Assembly (NCBI GenBank): GCA_016839705.1
Contig: JAEOTR010000025.1
Span: forward strand, 1-64,000
Length of the DNA stretch: 64,000 nucleotides
Direction: 5' to 3'
Source of the DNA: Promethearchaeota archaeon
GTDB taxonomy: Archaea > Asgardarchaeota > Lokiarchaeia > Sigyniarchaeales > SOKP01
This document shows positions 27,590 through 37,055 of the stretch, in pieces. Within the stretch, counting starts at the first letter, position 1. Each line of letters opens with the position of its first letter. The position numbers and the translations under genes are program-made. The notes beneath the pieces are model-generated. The model was not told the DNA's origin and did not search any database. It saw nothing but the letters and a program-made list of their open reading frames with translations.

Positions 27590-28297
27590 TTATAATTCTA
27601 ATATCTCAATTAATTTTTCAATATTCTTCCCAGTTTTAGCACTTGTCGTTATAACTTGAATATCAGGATTAATATTCTTAGCATCATCAACCATTTTTTG
27701 AACGTCAGTTCCTAATCTCTCTGCTAAATCAATTTTGTTAATAACAGCAACCTGAGACATTTTAAAAAGCATTGGATGTTTTTCTATCACCCATTCTCCC
27801 TCAGTTGTAGAAACTATGGTGATTCGTTTATCAGTACCAAGAGTAAAGTCAGAAGGGCAAATCAAATTTCCTACATTTTCGATGAATAATAAATCAAAAT
27901 TTTTCAGATCTTTATTCTCGATAATTTGATGAATGTGATAGGCATTTAAAGCACACTCTCGACCAGTATTAATCTGAATTGTTTCAGCATTATGCACTTG
28001 AATTCTATCCGCATCAACTCTGGTAGTAATATCACCACAAATTACTAAAATTCTATACTTCTTAGATAAGATCTCAACCATTTTTTCTATGATTGCTGTT
28101 TTCCCGGCACCTATCGCTCCAACTATATCTATCGATTTTATATCAAATTTTCGTAATTCCTGATTATTCAGTTGTGCTAGACGTTCATTATCTTTTTCTA
28201 CTTCCATTTTAGTTTGGACTACAAGGTCTCGAATATCATCAGTTGCTAAATTAATGCTCTCAAGTTCTTTTATCCGTTCAATATCTTTTTCTGACAT
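27590..28297 (-). CDS. hypB: Hydrogenase nickel incorporation GTPase HypB
   Basis: GAIGAGKT, INTGREC, ENVGNLICP, NKID, TSAK. Confidence 0.92.
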   Translation of the reverse strand: MSEKDIERIKELESINLATDDIRDLVVQTKMEVEKDNERLAQLNNQELRKFDIKSIDIVGAIGAGKTAIIEKMVEILSKKYRILVICGDITTRVDADRIQVHNAETIQINTGRECALNAYHIHQIIENKDLKNFDLLFIENVGNLICPSDFTLGTDKRITIVSTTEGEWVIEKHPMLFKMSQVAVINKIDLAERLGTDVQKMVDDAKNINPDIQVITTSAKTGKNIEKLIEILEL

Positions 28298-28362
28298 TCT
28301 TATTAATAAATAAAAGAAAAGGCTATAAGGATTACTTTTTTAAATTAAAAATCAAAAAAAAA

Positions 28363-29205
28363 TTATTTGGTTTTATATCTATAGAATCCTTTTCCAGATT
28401 TAACTCCCAATTCACCCCTATCAACCATTTCTTTAAGAGCATCTGGTGGTTTATCATCAGGGTAACCGCTATTTTTAAAGTATGACATTTCAATATCATA
28501 AACAACATCTAATCCAATTCGATCCATGAATTGAAAAGGTCCTAAATTGGTTTTGCTAAAAAATTGACAAAATAACCTCCATGCTTTATCAACAATTTCA
28601 ATATCGGCATGATCCCCCGCCCAAATCTTTAGACAATCCTTTTTAATCGCTCTCCATATCCGATTCATAACAAAACCGTAACATTCTTTCTTTACTTCAA
28701 GGGGTGTAATTTCAATACTCTCTAACCAAGCTCTACCTTTTTCGAATGTAGCTTCGCTTGTTTGAGTTCCGCGCATGATATCAGCTATAGGTAGCATAAA
28801 TAGATCATAGAAGTGAATATTCATTACCTTATCTTTTCTTTCCACAACATCTTCAATCTTTGAAATCGGTATTGAGGAACTATTTGTGGCTATAATTGTG
28901 TGGGGTGAAGCTGCTTTATCTATCTTGGGAAAAATCTCTCTCTTTAATTCAAGCTTTTCAGGTACAGCCTCAATAACAAGGTCTACACCTTTAACAGCTT
29001 CAGCAATGTTATTAAATTGAGTTATAGATGCACTTAGATTTTTGTCCTCTATTGTTTTTTTCATCCTTTTCGTAAAAGCATCTAAATCTTCCTTGTTAGT
29101 ATCAAAAGCTTTAATCTTGTAATTATAAAGAAGAGATTTCTCAATAATTTGTTTACCCAAATACCCTGCACCTACTACAGATATTTTTCTAATTTTACTA
29201 TTCAT
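28363..29205 (-). CDS. 3-hydroxyacyl-CoA dehydrogenase family
   Basis: VVGAGYLG, EAVPEKLELK, TNSSS, GPFQFMDRIGLD, GVKSGKGFY. Confidence 0.88.
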   Translation of the reverse strand: MNSKIRKISVVGAGYLGKQIIEKSLLYNYKIKAFDTNKEDLDAFTKRMKKTIEDKNLSASITQFNNIAEAVKGVDLVIEAVPEKLELKREIFPKIDKAASPHTIIATNSSSIPISKIEDVVERKDKVMNIHFYDLFMLPIADIMRGTQTSEATFEKGRAWLESIEITPLEVKKECYGFVMNRIWRAIKKDCLKIWAGDHADIEIVDKAWRLFCQFFSKTNLGPFQFMDRIGLDVVYDIEMSYFKNSGYPDDKPPDALKEMVDRGELGVKSGKGFYRYKTK

Positions 29206-29310
29206 ATTCGGTTCTCTTAAGATTTTGATAAGAATAGTAATTTATATGAAGAGTAACAAATTAATTTGATCTATTAAGTAGAAGTTATATAGAAGAGTAG
29301 AAATAATATA

Positions 29311-30276
29311 ATGGAAGCTAAAGATATTAAAAAAATTGCTGTCGTTGGAGCAGGAGTCATCGGAAATAGCTGGACAGCAAATTTTATATGGAAAGGATAT
29401 CCTGTGAATCTTTGGCTGTATACCGCAGATGAAGAGGATATTGCTAAACAAGAAATTAATGAACATCTTGAAAGTTTAGCTATAAATGGAGTTTTTGGAA
29501 AAGAAGAAATTCCTGATATGATGAAATTAGTAAAATATACAACTTCCCTTGAAACTACAGTTAAGGATGTTCAATTTATTCAAGAGTCAATAATTGAAAA
29601 ATTAGAAATAAAACAGAAGTTTCTTGCTGATATAGATAAATTAGCATCCCCTGATGCAATTTTTGCAAGTAGTACATCCTATCTATTAATCAGTGACATT
29701 GCTAAATTTTCACAATACTCTCATAGATGTATTGGTGCTCACCCGTATAATCCGCCTCATCTTATTCCTCTAGTCGAAATAACAATTCCAGGAGGAGATA
29801 AAGGGTCGATCAAAACAGCAGAACTAGCAGCTAAATTTTATGAAAAAATTAATAAAGTCCCAGTTATATTGAAGAAGGATGTTCCAGGATTTATCGCAAA
29901 TCAAATACAAGGGGCAGTAGGTACAATATGTGGGGAATTACTTGTTAATGGTGTATGTACCGTTGAAGATATAGATAAAGCTATGTCTTTTGGTCCAGGA
30001 TTACGGTGGGCAACTATGGGTCCTTATTTAGTTTATCAGTTGGGGGGAGGTAAAGGAGGGATTAAGGGAATAACATTACATATACGAGGAGAATCAGGAG
30101 AACCAATGGATGAACAAGAGAGGAAACAACTTGAAATGTATGCAAATTTTATTCAAGGAGAAGTAGATAAAGAAATGGCAAAAAGACCTCCAGAATTTGG
30201 AAATGATAATGATTCTCTAAGAAAATTTCGAGATCGTCTCATTATTAAAATACTTCGAGAACATAAGAAAATTTAG
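29311..30276 (+). CDS. 3-hydroxyacyl-CoA dehydrogenase family (carnitine/gulonate dehydrogenase-like)
   Basis: VVGAGVIG, QESIIE, ASSTS, HPYNPPHLIPLVE, GPGLRWATMGP. Confidence 0.88.
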   Translation: MEAKDIKKIAVVGAGVIGNSWTANFIWKGYPVNLWLYTADEEDIAKQEINEHLESLAINGVFGKEEIPDMMKLVKYTTSLETTVKDVQFIQESIIEKLEIKQKFLADIDKLASPDAIFASSTSYLLISDIAKFSQYSHRCIGAHPYNPPHLIPLVEITIPGGDKGSIKTAELAAKFYEKINKVPVILKKDVPGFIANQIQGAVGTICGELLVNGVCTVEDIDKAMSFGPGLRWATMGPYLVYQLGGGKGGIKGITLHIRGESGEPMDEQERKQLEMYANFIQGEVDKEMAKRPPEFGNDNDSLRKFRDRLIIKILREHKKI

Positions 30277-31388
30277 AATTTTTCCAATGCTAATGAGATT
30301 TCTTCTCGAACTTTTTCATTACTGTGTTCAAGAAAAGATTCTAAAGCTGTTTTAGATTCGTCTCCACCAAGCCTTCCTAATGCCCAAGCGATCATCCCAT
30401 TTACTCGATCATCATTATTTTCTTTAAATGCCTTAATAAGCTCAGGTATATATTTCTGATCTAGTGAATTTCCCATGGCTCTTGCCACATTCATTTTCCA
30501 TCGCCATGTTTCATTAAATGATTGATAAAACATATGGGGCCATATCTTTGTTTGATAATATTCAAGATCCATATGAAGCAAATTTACTAAATTGAAATCC
30601 TCTTCTTTATCTGCTACTCTTTCATTTGGGGACAAATTTTGAGATAACCATGGTCTGTTTCGAGGACAAACTTCTTGACACCGATCACAACCGTATACCC
30701 AAGTACCCATTTGCTCGCGAATTTCTAATGGAGTGATCCCAATTTGATAATAACTAAGAAAAGATATACATTTCCTTGGATCGATTGTATTTGGAGCTTT
30801 AAGAGCACCTGTAGGACAGGAAGCAATACATGTATTTTTACACCATTTAGGACAGCCTACCTCTATTGTGGGCTCATCGGGCTCAAATTCATAATCTACA
30901 ATTAAAGGGATTGGGGAAATCCAAGAACTTTTTCGAGCTATACGGTTTGAATAGAGAAAATTATTCTTTCCAAATGTTCCTAATCCTGCTCTTGCTGATG
31001 TTAATCGATGGGGGATATTAAAAGGTGATCTCGAATCAATTCCATTATCACGCAAAAAACTACGAAAAACCTTAAGGCGTTGATATAATGGACCTTTAGT
31101 TCGACGGTGATCATCTAAATATGCACGCCCAAAATACCCTTCTAATCCCGAAGGAAAAGACTTGCTAAAATAAACATCAATTAGAACAATAATTGATTTG
31201 CCATGACGCATTATATTTTTAGGATCAAGACCTTTCTCGATATCGGTACCACTTAAAATAAGCCAAGCATACTCTCGCTTTCTAGAATCTAAAATTTCTT
31301 TTTGAGATTCAAAAGGTTCCATAGTTGTAAATCCTATATCGTCAAAACCTAATTCAAATGCTTTATCGATTACTTCGCTTTTCTCCAT
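30273..31388 (-). CDS. Epoxyqueuosine reductase (QueG)-like cobalamin/Fe-S protein with C-terminal HEAT repeats
   Basis: RAGLGTFGKN, CIASCPTGAL, CISF, YGCDRCQEVCP, AWALGRLGG. Confidence 0.82.
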   Translation of the reverse strand: MEKSEVIDKAFELGFDDIGFTTMEPFESQKEILDSRKREYAWLILSGTDIEKGLDPKNIMRHGKSIIVLIDVYFSKSFPSGLEGYFGRAYLDDHRRTKGPLYQRLKVFRSFLRDNGIDSRSPFNIPHRLTSARAGLGTFGKNNFLYSNRIARKSSWISPIPLIVDYEFEPDEPTIEVGCPKWCKNTCIASCPTGALKAPNTIDPRKCISFLSYYQIGITPLEIREQMGTWVYGCDRCQEVCPRNRPWLSQNLSPNERVADKEEDFNLVNLLHMDLEYYQTKIWPHMFYQSFNETWRWKMNVARAMGNSLDQKYIPELIKAFKENNDDRVNGMIAWALGRLGGDESKTALESFLEHSNEKVREEISLALEKF

Positions 31389-31480
31389 AATATCCCACTA
31401 TAATCTAATCAATATATAAGCTTAAAATTAAAAATCATTTTATAACTTAAGCCCTTCTAAATATAATTTAAGAATCACTC

Positions 31481-32587
31481 TTAGCATTCAACAGGCATAA
31501 CTAGCTGTTCTTTATAACCTATAATGACTTTTACAAGTCCTTTGAGTTGTAAATCAAAATCACTATCTCCAGTATCTACTCTTAAACAATCAAGATTTCT
31601 AATTTTATCTGCAGTTGAAATGATTATTAAATTCTTTTTCCCTATTCTTTTAATGACTTCTGGAGTAAACTGTTTATTTCCTCTTCCAAAAATAAATCCT
31701 TGACCTCCTAATGGGGAAATTATGATCTTATAATCATTGAATTCTATTAATATTTCAAGAATGCTTTTTTCATTCAAATCTCTTCCAATTAACTTCTTAT
31801 TATCCATAGCATCTACACCAAGCAGAGTTTTGGGTAGCTTCAAAATATCTGTTATTGTTTTTACAGTTGTGCCAGGTCCTAATAAATAGAGTGTATCTTC
31901 TTTCATATCTTCAATTATCCATTGAGCAATTCCTTGTTTATTTTCTTCTATTGTCCTCCCAGATTCTGAACCTATTTTCCCCGCTTGAATAAGATTTTTA
32001 AATATAAGGACTTTTAAATATCCATATAGCGTCGTTTTTAGCACATTATCTCTGTAAAGCTCCTCATCGATGTCTAAAATTTCTCTATCTTCAGTTTCAA
32101 TAAAATCTTCTAAAAATCCATCAATTATTTGGGCTGCTGCTTTCGGGTTAAATGAAAAAACTGAACTGTACATTTTAACTCCACCAGGTACAGCAACAAC
32201 GGGAATTTCTAAACCAATTGAATCATAAATATCTCTTGCGGTTCCATCTCCACCACAAAAAATTAATAAATCAATCCCATTATTGAGCATTTGTTTAGCG
32301 ATTCTTTTTGTGTCATCCGCTGAAGTTGTTTCACCAATTTCACCAATAATTTCAAAATTTATTCCCTTCCCTTTAATAATATCCGCACCCATCTTTCCCG
32401 GTGCAACTAGCATCGATAGGTTTCCCTTATTTTTTATTTGGGATAATAGTACAGATACTCTCTGTGGAGTTACGGGTTTTGCTCCCATTTTTACAGCTGT
32501 TTTATATGAATCTCCATCTGTACCTTTAAGTCCAACACTACCTCCCATCCCCGCAATGGGATTTACAATTAAACCAATCCTTTTCAT
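31481..32587 (-). CDS. ATP-NAD/AcoX-like kinase family protein
   Basis: NPIAGMGGSVGLKGTDG, GGDGTARD, GVKMYS, GGQGFIFGRGN. Confidence 0.85.
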   Translation of the reverse strand: MKRIGLIVNPIAGMGGSVGLKGTDGDSYKTAVKMGAKPVTPQRVSVLLSQIKNKGNLSMLVAPGKMGADIIKGKGINFEIIGEIGETTSADDTKRIAKQMLNNGIDLLIFCGGDGTARDIYDSIGLEIPVVAVPGGVKMYSSVFSFNPKAAAQIIDGFLEDFIETEDREILDIDEELYRDNVLKTTLYGYLKVLIFKNLIQAGKIGSESGRTIEENKQGIAQWIIEDMKEDTLYLLGPGTTVKTITDILKLPKTLLGVDAMDNKKLIGRDLNEKSILEILIEFNDYKIIISPLGGQGFIFGRGNKQFTPEVIKRIGKKNLIIISTADKIRNLDCLRVDTGDSDFDLQLKGLVKVIIGYKEQLVMPVEC

Positions 32588-32616
32588 TTTTGTAGAGGTA
32601 TTTTCCGTAATCTGAG

Positions 32617-34395
32617 CTAATTTTTTGTAGGAGCAACTTCCAGAATGACTTCTTCCTTTTTCTTAACTTTTGGGGGGCGTCTTGCTTTAGCTAGAGCTGT
32701 CAATATTGTATTTACTTTAGGATCAATTCTTACATCAATTACTGCAGGAACATTTGAATCAAAAGCGCGCTGTAATGCAGGACCAATTTCATTAGGATCT
32801 GTCACCAATTCACCGTAACAATTAAATGCTTCAGCATATTTATCATATCGAGTATCACTACTTAATGAACTTCCTAATCCAAAAAATTTCTTGCCATGAG
32901 TTACTTTCTGTCCTCTTGCAACCATGCCCCAAAGGCTATCATTACTTACTACAACTACAATAGGTAAATCAAATCTCTTTGCAGTATCCAGCTCTTTACC
33001 GTTAAACAAAAATGAACCATCACCGGTTAACACTAGAATCTTCCTTTCAGGTTCAACGTATTTAGCAGCAATAGCCATTGGCACACCTCCTCCTAGATGC
33101 TGAATTCCTAAACCCCCAGAAAAGTAGAGTGATTTTGGTGAATGAGCTCGTAAGTAGATTAGTCCCCATACTGTTGTATCTCCCCCATCTAATATGATAA
33201 CACTGTCCTCAGGCATAAAATCTCGTATTTCTTTTACGAGACGTTGAGGTTTGATTGGAATTTTATCTGAAGATCCTTCTTTCTCTATTCTTGCCTCGAA
33301 ATTTTTTAATTGAGTTTGAACATCTTTAACCCATTGTGTTTCCGTTCTAGGACTTTTTATTTTTTCACTTGCGATTTTGTATAATTGAGTAAGAATCCCT
33401 TTAATATCCCCTACAATAGGGATATCTATAGCACGATTTCTCCCAATTTCTTCAGCTTTTATATCGACTTGAATCAATTTTGCTTTATCCGTAAATTGAG
33501 GCATATGTCCATATTGCATATATTCACCCAATCTAGATCCAAGAATCAATACAACATCAACTTTTGAGAGTAATGCTGTTCCAGGACCTGCAATAGGTGT
33601 CGCCGGTCCAAAGCATAATGGATGATCGATTGGAAATTCACCAAAACCAAAACCCCAAGTTCCCACAGGGATTTGTGTAAGTTCAGCAAACTTTAGTAAT
33701 TCTAATGATGCATTAGAAAAAGCAGCTCCGGTTCCTGCTATTATTAATGGATTTTTTGCATTTAATAATAAATCTACTGCTCTTGATACTAAAATTTCAT
33801 TACCATAAGGGCCATAAAACGGTCTTAACTTTTGAACAGGCTCAAATGCTTGTTTGACTATATCTAATTCATCATCACATTCTCCACCTAATACATCAGA
33901 AGGAATAACTAAAACGACAGGACCAGGTCTGCCAGTTGTGGCAATCCTGAAAGCCATATTAATATACTCTGGAATTCGAGCAGTCGTATAACAATATCCA
34001 CTCCATTTCGTTACTGGAGTAAGAGATGGTACAACATCAACTTCATTATGATGTAACTTATCAAAAAGCATCATTGGTGTACTAGTACAAACTGCTACAA
34101 TAGGAATACTTGCATCCATAGCAAGTGGAATTGAAGGGAATAAATCTGTTACTCCTGGTCCAGCTGGAACTGAGCAGACCCCAGGTTCACCCGTAGCAAG
34201 GTAATATCCCATAGCAGCATGCCCTGTAGCTTGTTCATGTCGAAAATCAATAATATCAATGCCTAGTTCTGTACAGGATGAATCTTGGCAATAATTATAT
34301 ATTAAAGCATTATCTCCACAAAGGGTAAATATAACTTTAACACCTTGGTGATCCAAAGCACGAACCACTAATTGGGCTCCATTTACTTTTACCAT
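32617..34395 (-). CDS. Thiamine-diphosphate-dependent enzyme (acetolactate synthase / 2-hydroxyacyl-CoA lyase-like)
   Basis: FRHEQATGHAA, GRPGPV, GDGSF...N ThDP motif. Confidence 0.85.
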   Translation of the reverse strand: MVKVNGAQLVVRALDHQGVKVIFTLCGDNALIYNYCQDSSCTELGIDIIDFRHEQATGHAAMGYYLATGEPGVCSVPAGPGVTDLFPSIPLAMDASIPIVAVCTSTPMMLFDKLHHNEVDVVPSLTPVTKWSGYCYTTARIPEYINMAFRIATTGRPGPVVLVIPSDVLGGECDDELDIVKQAFEPVQKLRPFYGPYGNEILVSRAVDLLLNAKNPLIIAGTGAAFSNASLELLKFAELTQIPVGTWGFGFGEFPIDHPLCFGPATPIAGPGTALLSKVDVVLILGSRLGEYMQYGHMPQFTDKAKLIQVDIKAEEIGRNRAIDIPIVGDIKGILTQLYKIASEKIKSPRTETQWVKDVQTQLKNFEARIEKEGSSDKIPIKPQRLVKEIRDFMPEDSVIILDGGDTTVWGLIYLRAHSPKSLYFSGGLGIQHLGGGVPMAIAAKYVEPERKILVLTGDGSFLFNGKELDTAKRFDLPIVVVVSNDSLWGMVARGQKVTHGKKFFGLGSSLSSDTRYDKYAEAFNCYGELVTDPNEIGPALQRAFDSNVPAVIDVRIDPKVNTILTALAKARRPPKVKKKEEVILEVAPTKN

Positions 34396-34492
34396 TATTT
34401 TTCTCTCCTATTCTTTCTTATATAATCATTAAATCAATTTAGATATTTTTGAATATGAAATCTCACTTTTATATATGGGGAAAAAACAATAA

Positions 34493-34888
34493 TTAAAGAT
34501 TGAAAAGACCATATATCATGAATAATTGTCCAGCAATTAATGATAAAAGATTTACCAGTATTTCTATTTTATTTTCTTTCCTTTTTTTTCTGCTATATGT
34601 TTTTTGTTGAATATTGAATGAAAAGTCAAGCAAAAACAAAAAAAAAACAGCACTTCCTCCCGCAATCGAAAAAAAGATCCAAAATTCTTGATTTGTAAAT
34701 AGGCCAAATGCAGATGTAAACATACATGGTGCAACCCAGAAGATATCGGGAAGAATAAACGATCTTTCAAATACTAAATATACCTCAGTTTTTTCTGGAT
34801 TCCTATTTTCAGCTATAAGGAAATAAATCCAAAAAATTATTATTCCAGAACCAAATGTAATCTGTAAAACAGCTATTAAAATCTCCAT
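34493..34888 (-). CDS. Small four-TM membrane protein
   Basis: Four hydrophobic segments; FERSFILPD motif. Confidence 0.6.
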   Translation of the reverse strand: MEILIAVLQITFGSGIIIFWIYFLIAENRNPEKTEVYLVFERSFILPDIFWVAPCMFTSAFGLFTNQEFWIFFSIAGGSAVFFLFLLDFSFNIQQKTYSRKKRKENKIEILVNLLSLIAGQLFMIYGLFNL

Positions 34889-35031
34889 AATTGATTATCT
34901 TAATTAATGATAATATTTCTCCTTTACTTCTAGCATACTTTAAAAAGATTCTTTCTGGGGGATTTAAATCCAAAACTTTAATTATTAAATCGTAATTAAA
35001 AAATAATATAGAAATATCAAGTGAGTCTAAT

Positions 35032-36612
35032 ATGGTTGATAAAGTAGTACCTTTTTTAATTAATATGGGTGAAATTACTCCTGCACGAAGTCAAGCCTCT
35101 GTTTTGAATGAGTTAGCAATGGCACTTATTGAATGTATCGAAATTTATCGTAAGAATCTTAAAAAAATGGGCCGAATTGCAAAAATCTCAACAGCATTTT
35201 GGCCTGTTCGTTTAATTCCATTATCTGAAACTAGAGCATGTGTATGTAGTTATCTATATAATAAACAGGAGAAATTAAGTGTTGGTAAATTTGCTCAGAC
35301 GCCCCCTCGACCTGAAGCTGTTATAAAAGGAGCAGATCCGGTAAGTTTTCTAAATTCTTTACAACAATATAATAATAACTATTTGAGAAGAACAAAGAAT
35401 TTTAAAAGGGGTGTAGTAATTCAAGAAGCTTTGTTTAATACAAATGAAGTCGGCTATTTTCAGAATTTTTTCCTGAATCAGTACAATTTAAGCTCACATG
35501 CATCCCCCTATTTTTTACTTGAGGGAGGTTCAATATCAAAGAGTGTAAATCAAACGAGAATTGTTCCCGAAATTACGGAATATCTATCTCAAAAGGATGT
35601 TCATCTTCTTGATACTTATGGAGATGCAATTACGAAATTATGTGAAAGATGGATACAAAAAGGAGGAAAAGACGCGGACAAAATTAGAGACACAAAAGTA
35701 GATACTGGTGAGGAAGAAAAACAACTTGCTATTCTCAATAAAGAATTACAAGCAGAGAAAGAACGAACGTTCGAAAAGACTCCAGAAGAACTAGTTAAAA
35801 GTGGGAAATATAAAATTAATGATAAAACTGGAGAATTGAATAATAATCTTAATGCTATAAAAAATAGTGTTGATAGTATGAAAAATGCTATTAATCAGAG
35901 AGATCTTTTTCTTACCGAAGAGAGTTTGAAGGATGCTGATCTAAAATATAGAGATTTGGGAAATTCTTTAAATCGTTATAAAAGTGAAATAGATCAGTTA
36001 AGGAAAAACGTACAAAGAGAAGTCTCTGACCAAGAGAAAACACAACAACAGAAAATTAGAGAATTAGAAAGAAAAAAATCTGAAGTTGAAAAACAAATTG
36101 AAGCTAAGCATTCAGGTTTAAGTAAAGATTTAACGTCTGCTGAAGACGTAGTCGCGAAAATTAAAACTGAAAAGCAAACATGCTTGGATAATATTGAGAG
36201 TATAAAAGATAAAGAAATGACAGAGGTTCAAACCTTTTTCAATAATTATTCTCTTGAGGTAAAAACTCAAAATGTTGTTGTTGGGATTCCGATTTATATC
36301 TTTTATTTTGTCGATCCCAATACAAATAGCACCACTGAAAGAGCTCCCGTTCTCCCAATTTTAATTGATAAAGGAAAAGTAGTTAGTACTAAAGTCAAGA
36401 CAAGCTTTAGGCAAAAATTACGGGATCTAATGAATAAAGATAACGCAATGATTAGTTTGGTTGAAACCCAAGGAGATAATAATAATTTAATGGAAATTAA
36501 AAATTTAGATACTCGTTTAGAGGACGCGATAAACGATTTGAGAATCCGAAAAATTTTGAGCAAAAAGTTAGCAGAATCTGCGAAAAATGTAATTACCGAT
36601 TTATTATGGTAA
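35032..36612 (+). CDS. Hypothetical protein with long central coiled coil
   Basis: 526-aa ORF; E/K/Q/L heptad-rich region from about residue 225 to 400 flanked by globular segments. Confidence 0.75.
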   Translation: MVDKVVPFLINMGEITPARSQASVLNELAMALIECIEIYRKNLKKMGRIAKISTAFWPVRLIPLSETRACVCSYLYNKQEKLSVGKFAQTPPRPEAVIKGADPVSFLNSLQQYNNNYLRRTKNFKRGVVIQEALFNTNEVGYFQNFFLNQYNLSSHASPYFLLEGGSISKSVNQTRIVPEITEYLSQKDVHLLDTYGDAITKLCERWIQKGGKDADKIRDTKVDTGEEEKQLAILNKELQAEKERTFEKTPEELVKSGKYKINDKTGELNNNLNAIKNSVDSMKNAINQRDLFLTEESLKDADLKYRDLGNSLNRYKSEIDQLRKNVQREVSDQEKTQQQKIRELERKKSEVEKQIEAKHSGLSKDLTSAEDVVAKIKTEKQTCLDNIESIKDKEMTEVQTFFNNYSLEVKTQNVVVGIPIYIFYFVDPNTNSTTERAPVLPILIDKGKVVSTKVKTSFRQKLRDLMNKDNAMISLVETQGDNNNLMEIKNLDTRLEDAINDLRIRKILSKKLAESAKNVITDLLW

Positions 36613-36654
36613 AAATTAATCTTTTTTTAAAATTTCTATTTTTATATTTTAGAA

Positions 36655-36822
36655 CTAATTATAAACCATTTTTTTTCCACAGCATTCAGGGATCGGTTGA
36701 TACCCACAATCCTTTGAGCAACAACATAATAAATAGCCGTTTTTCAAAATCATTGATTGATCACAACATGTAGGTACTTCTTGTTCTCTACCACATACCG
36801 AACACACTAATTTTTGTCCCAT
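36655..36822 (-). CDS. 55-aa Cys-rich protein with two desulforedoxin-like motifs; absent from the ORF track
   Basis: MGQKLVCSVCGREQEVPTCCDQSMILKNGYLLCCCSKDCGYQPIPECCGKKMVYN; GTGA upstream of ATG; internal repeat. Confidence 0.8.
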   Translation of the reverse strand: MGQKLVCSVCGREQEVPTCCDQSMILKNGYLLCCCSKDCGYQPIPECCGKKMVYN

Positions 36823-37055
36823 TTTCTTCACTGTTTGATATATAATCTCTATAAATTCAAAGAAAATTCAGAAACTAAAACTATACTTTTATAGAATATA
36901 ATTAAATGGCGAGAACTCTATGTTTAAAGAAAGCAAAAATCTCTTAAATTATGTGAATTATAAGTTCTCTACTTTTACTCATATCTTAAATCCTTTTAGA
37001 AATGTTCAATAATTATGCTATATCATTAATTCATATTATTTAATAAAATAGGAGA

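Noticed and set aside
36911-36969. Long irregular hairpin (GAGAACT...AGTTCTC) upstream of the lysine operon as a lysine riboswitch
   Set aside because: Too short and AT-rich, with none of the multi-helix L-box features recognisable
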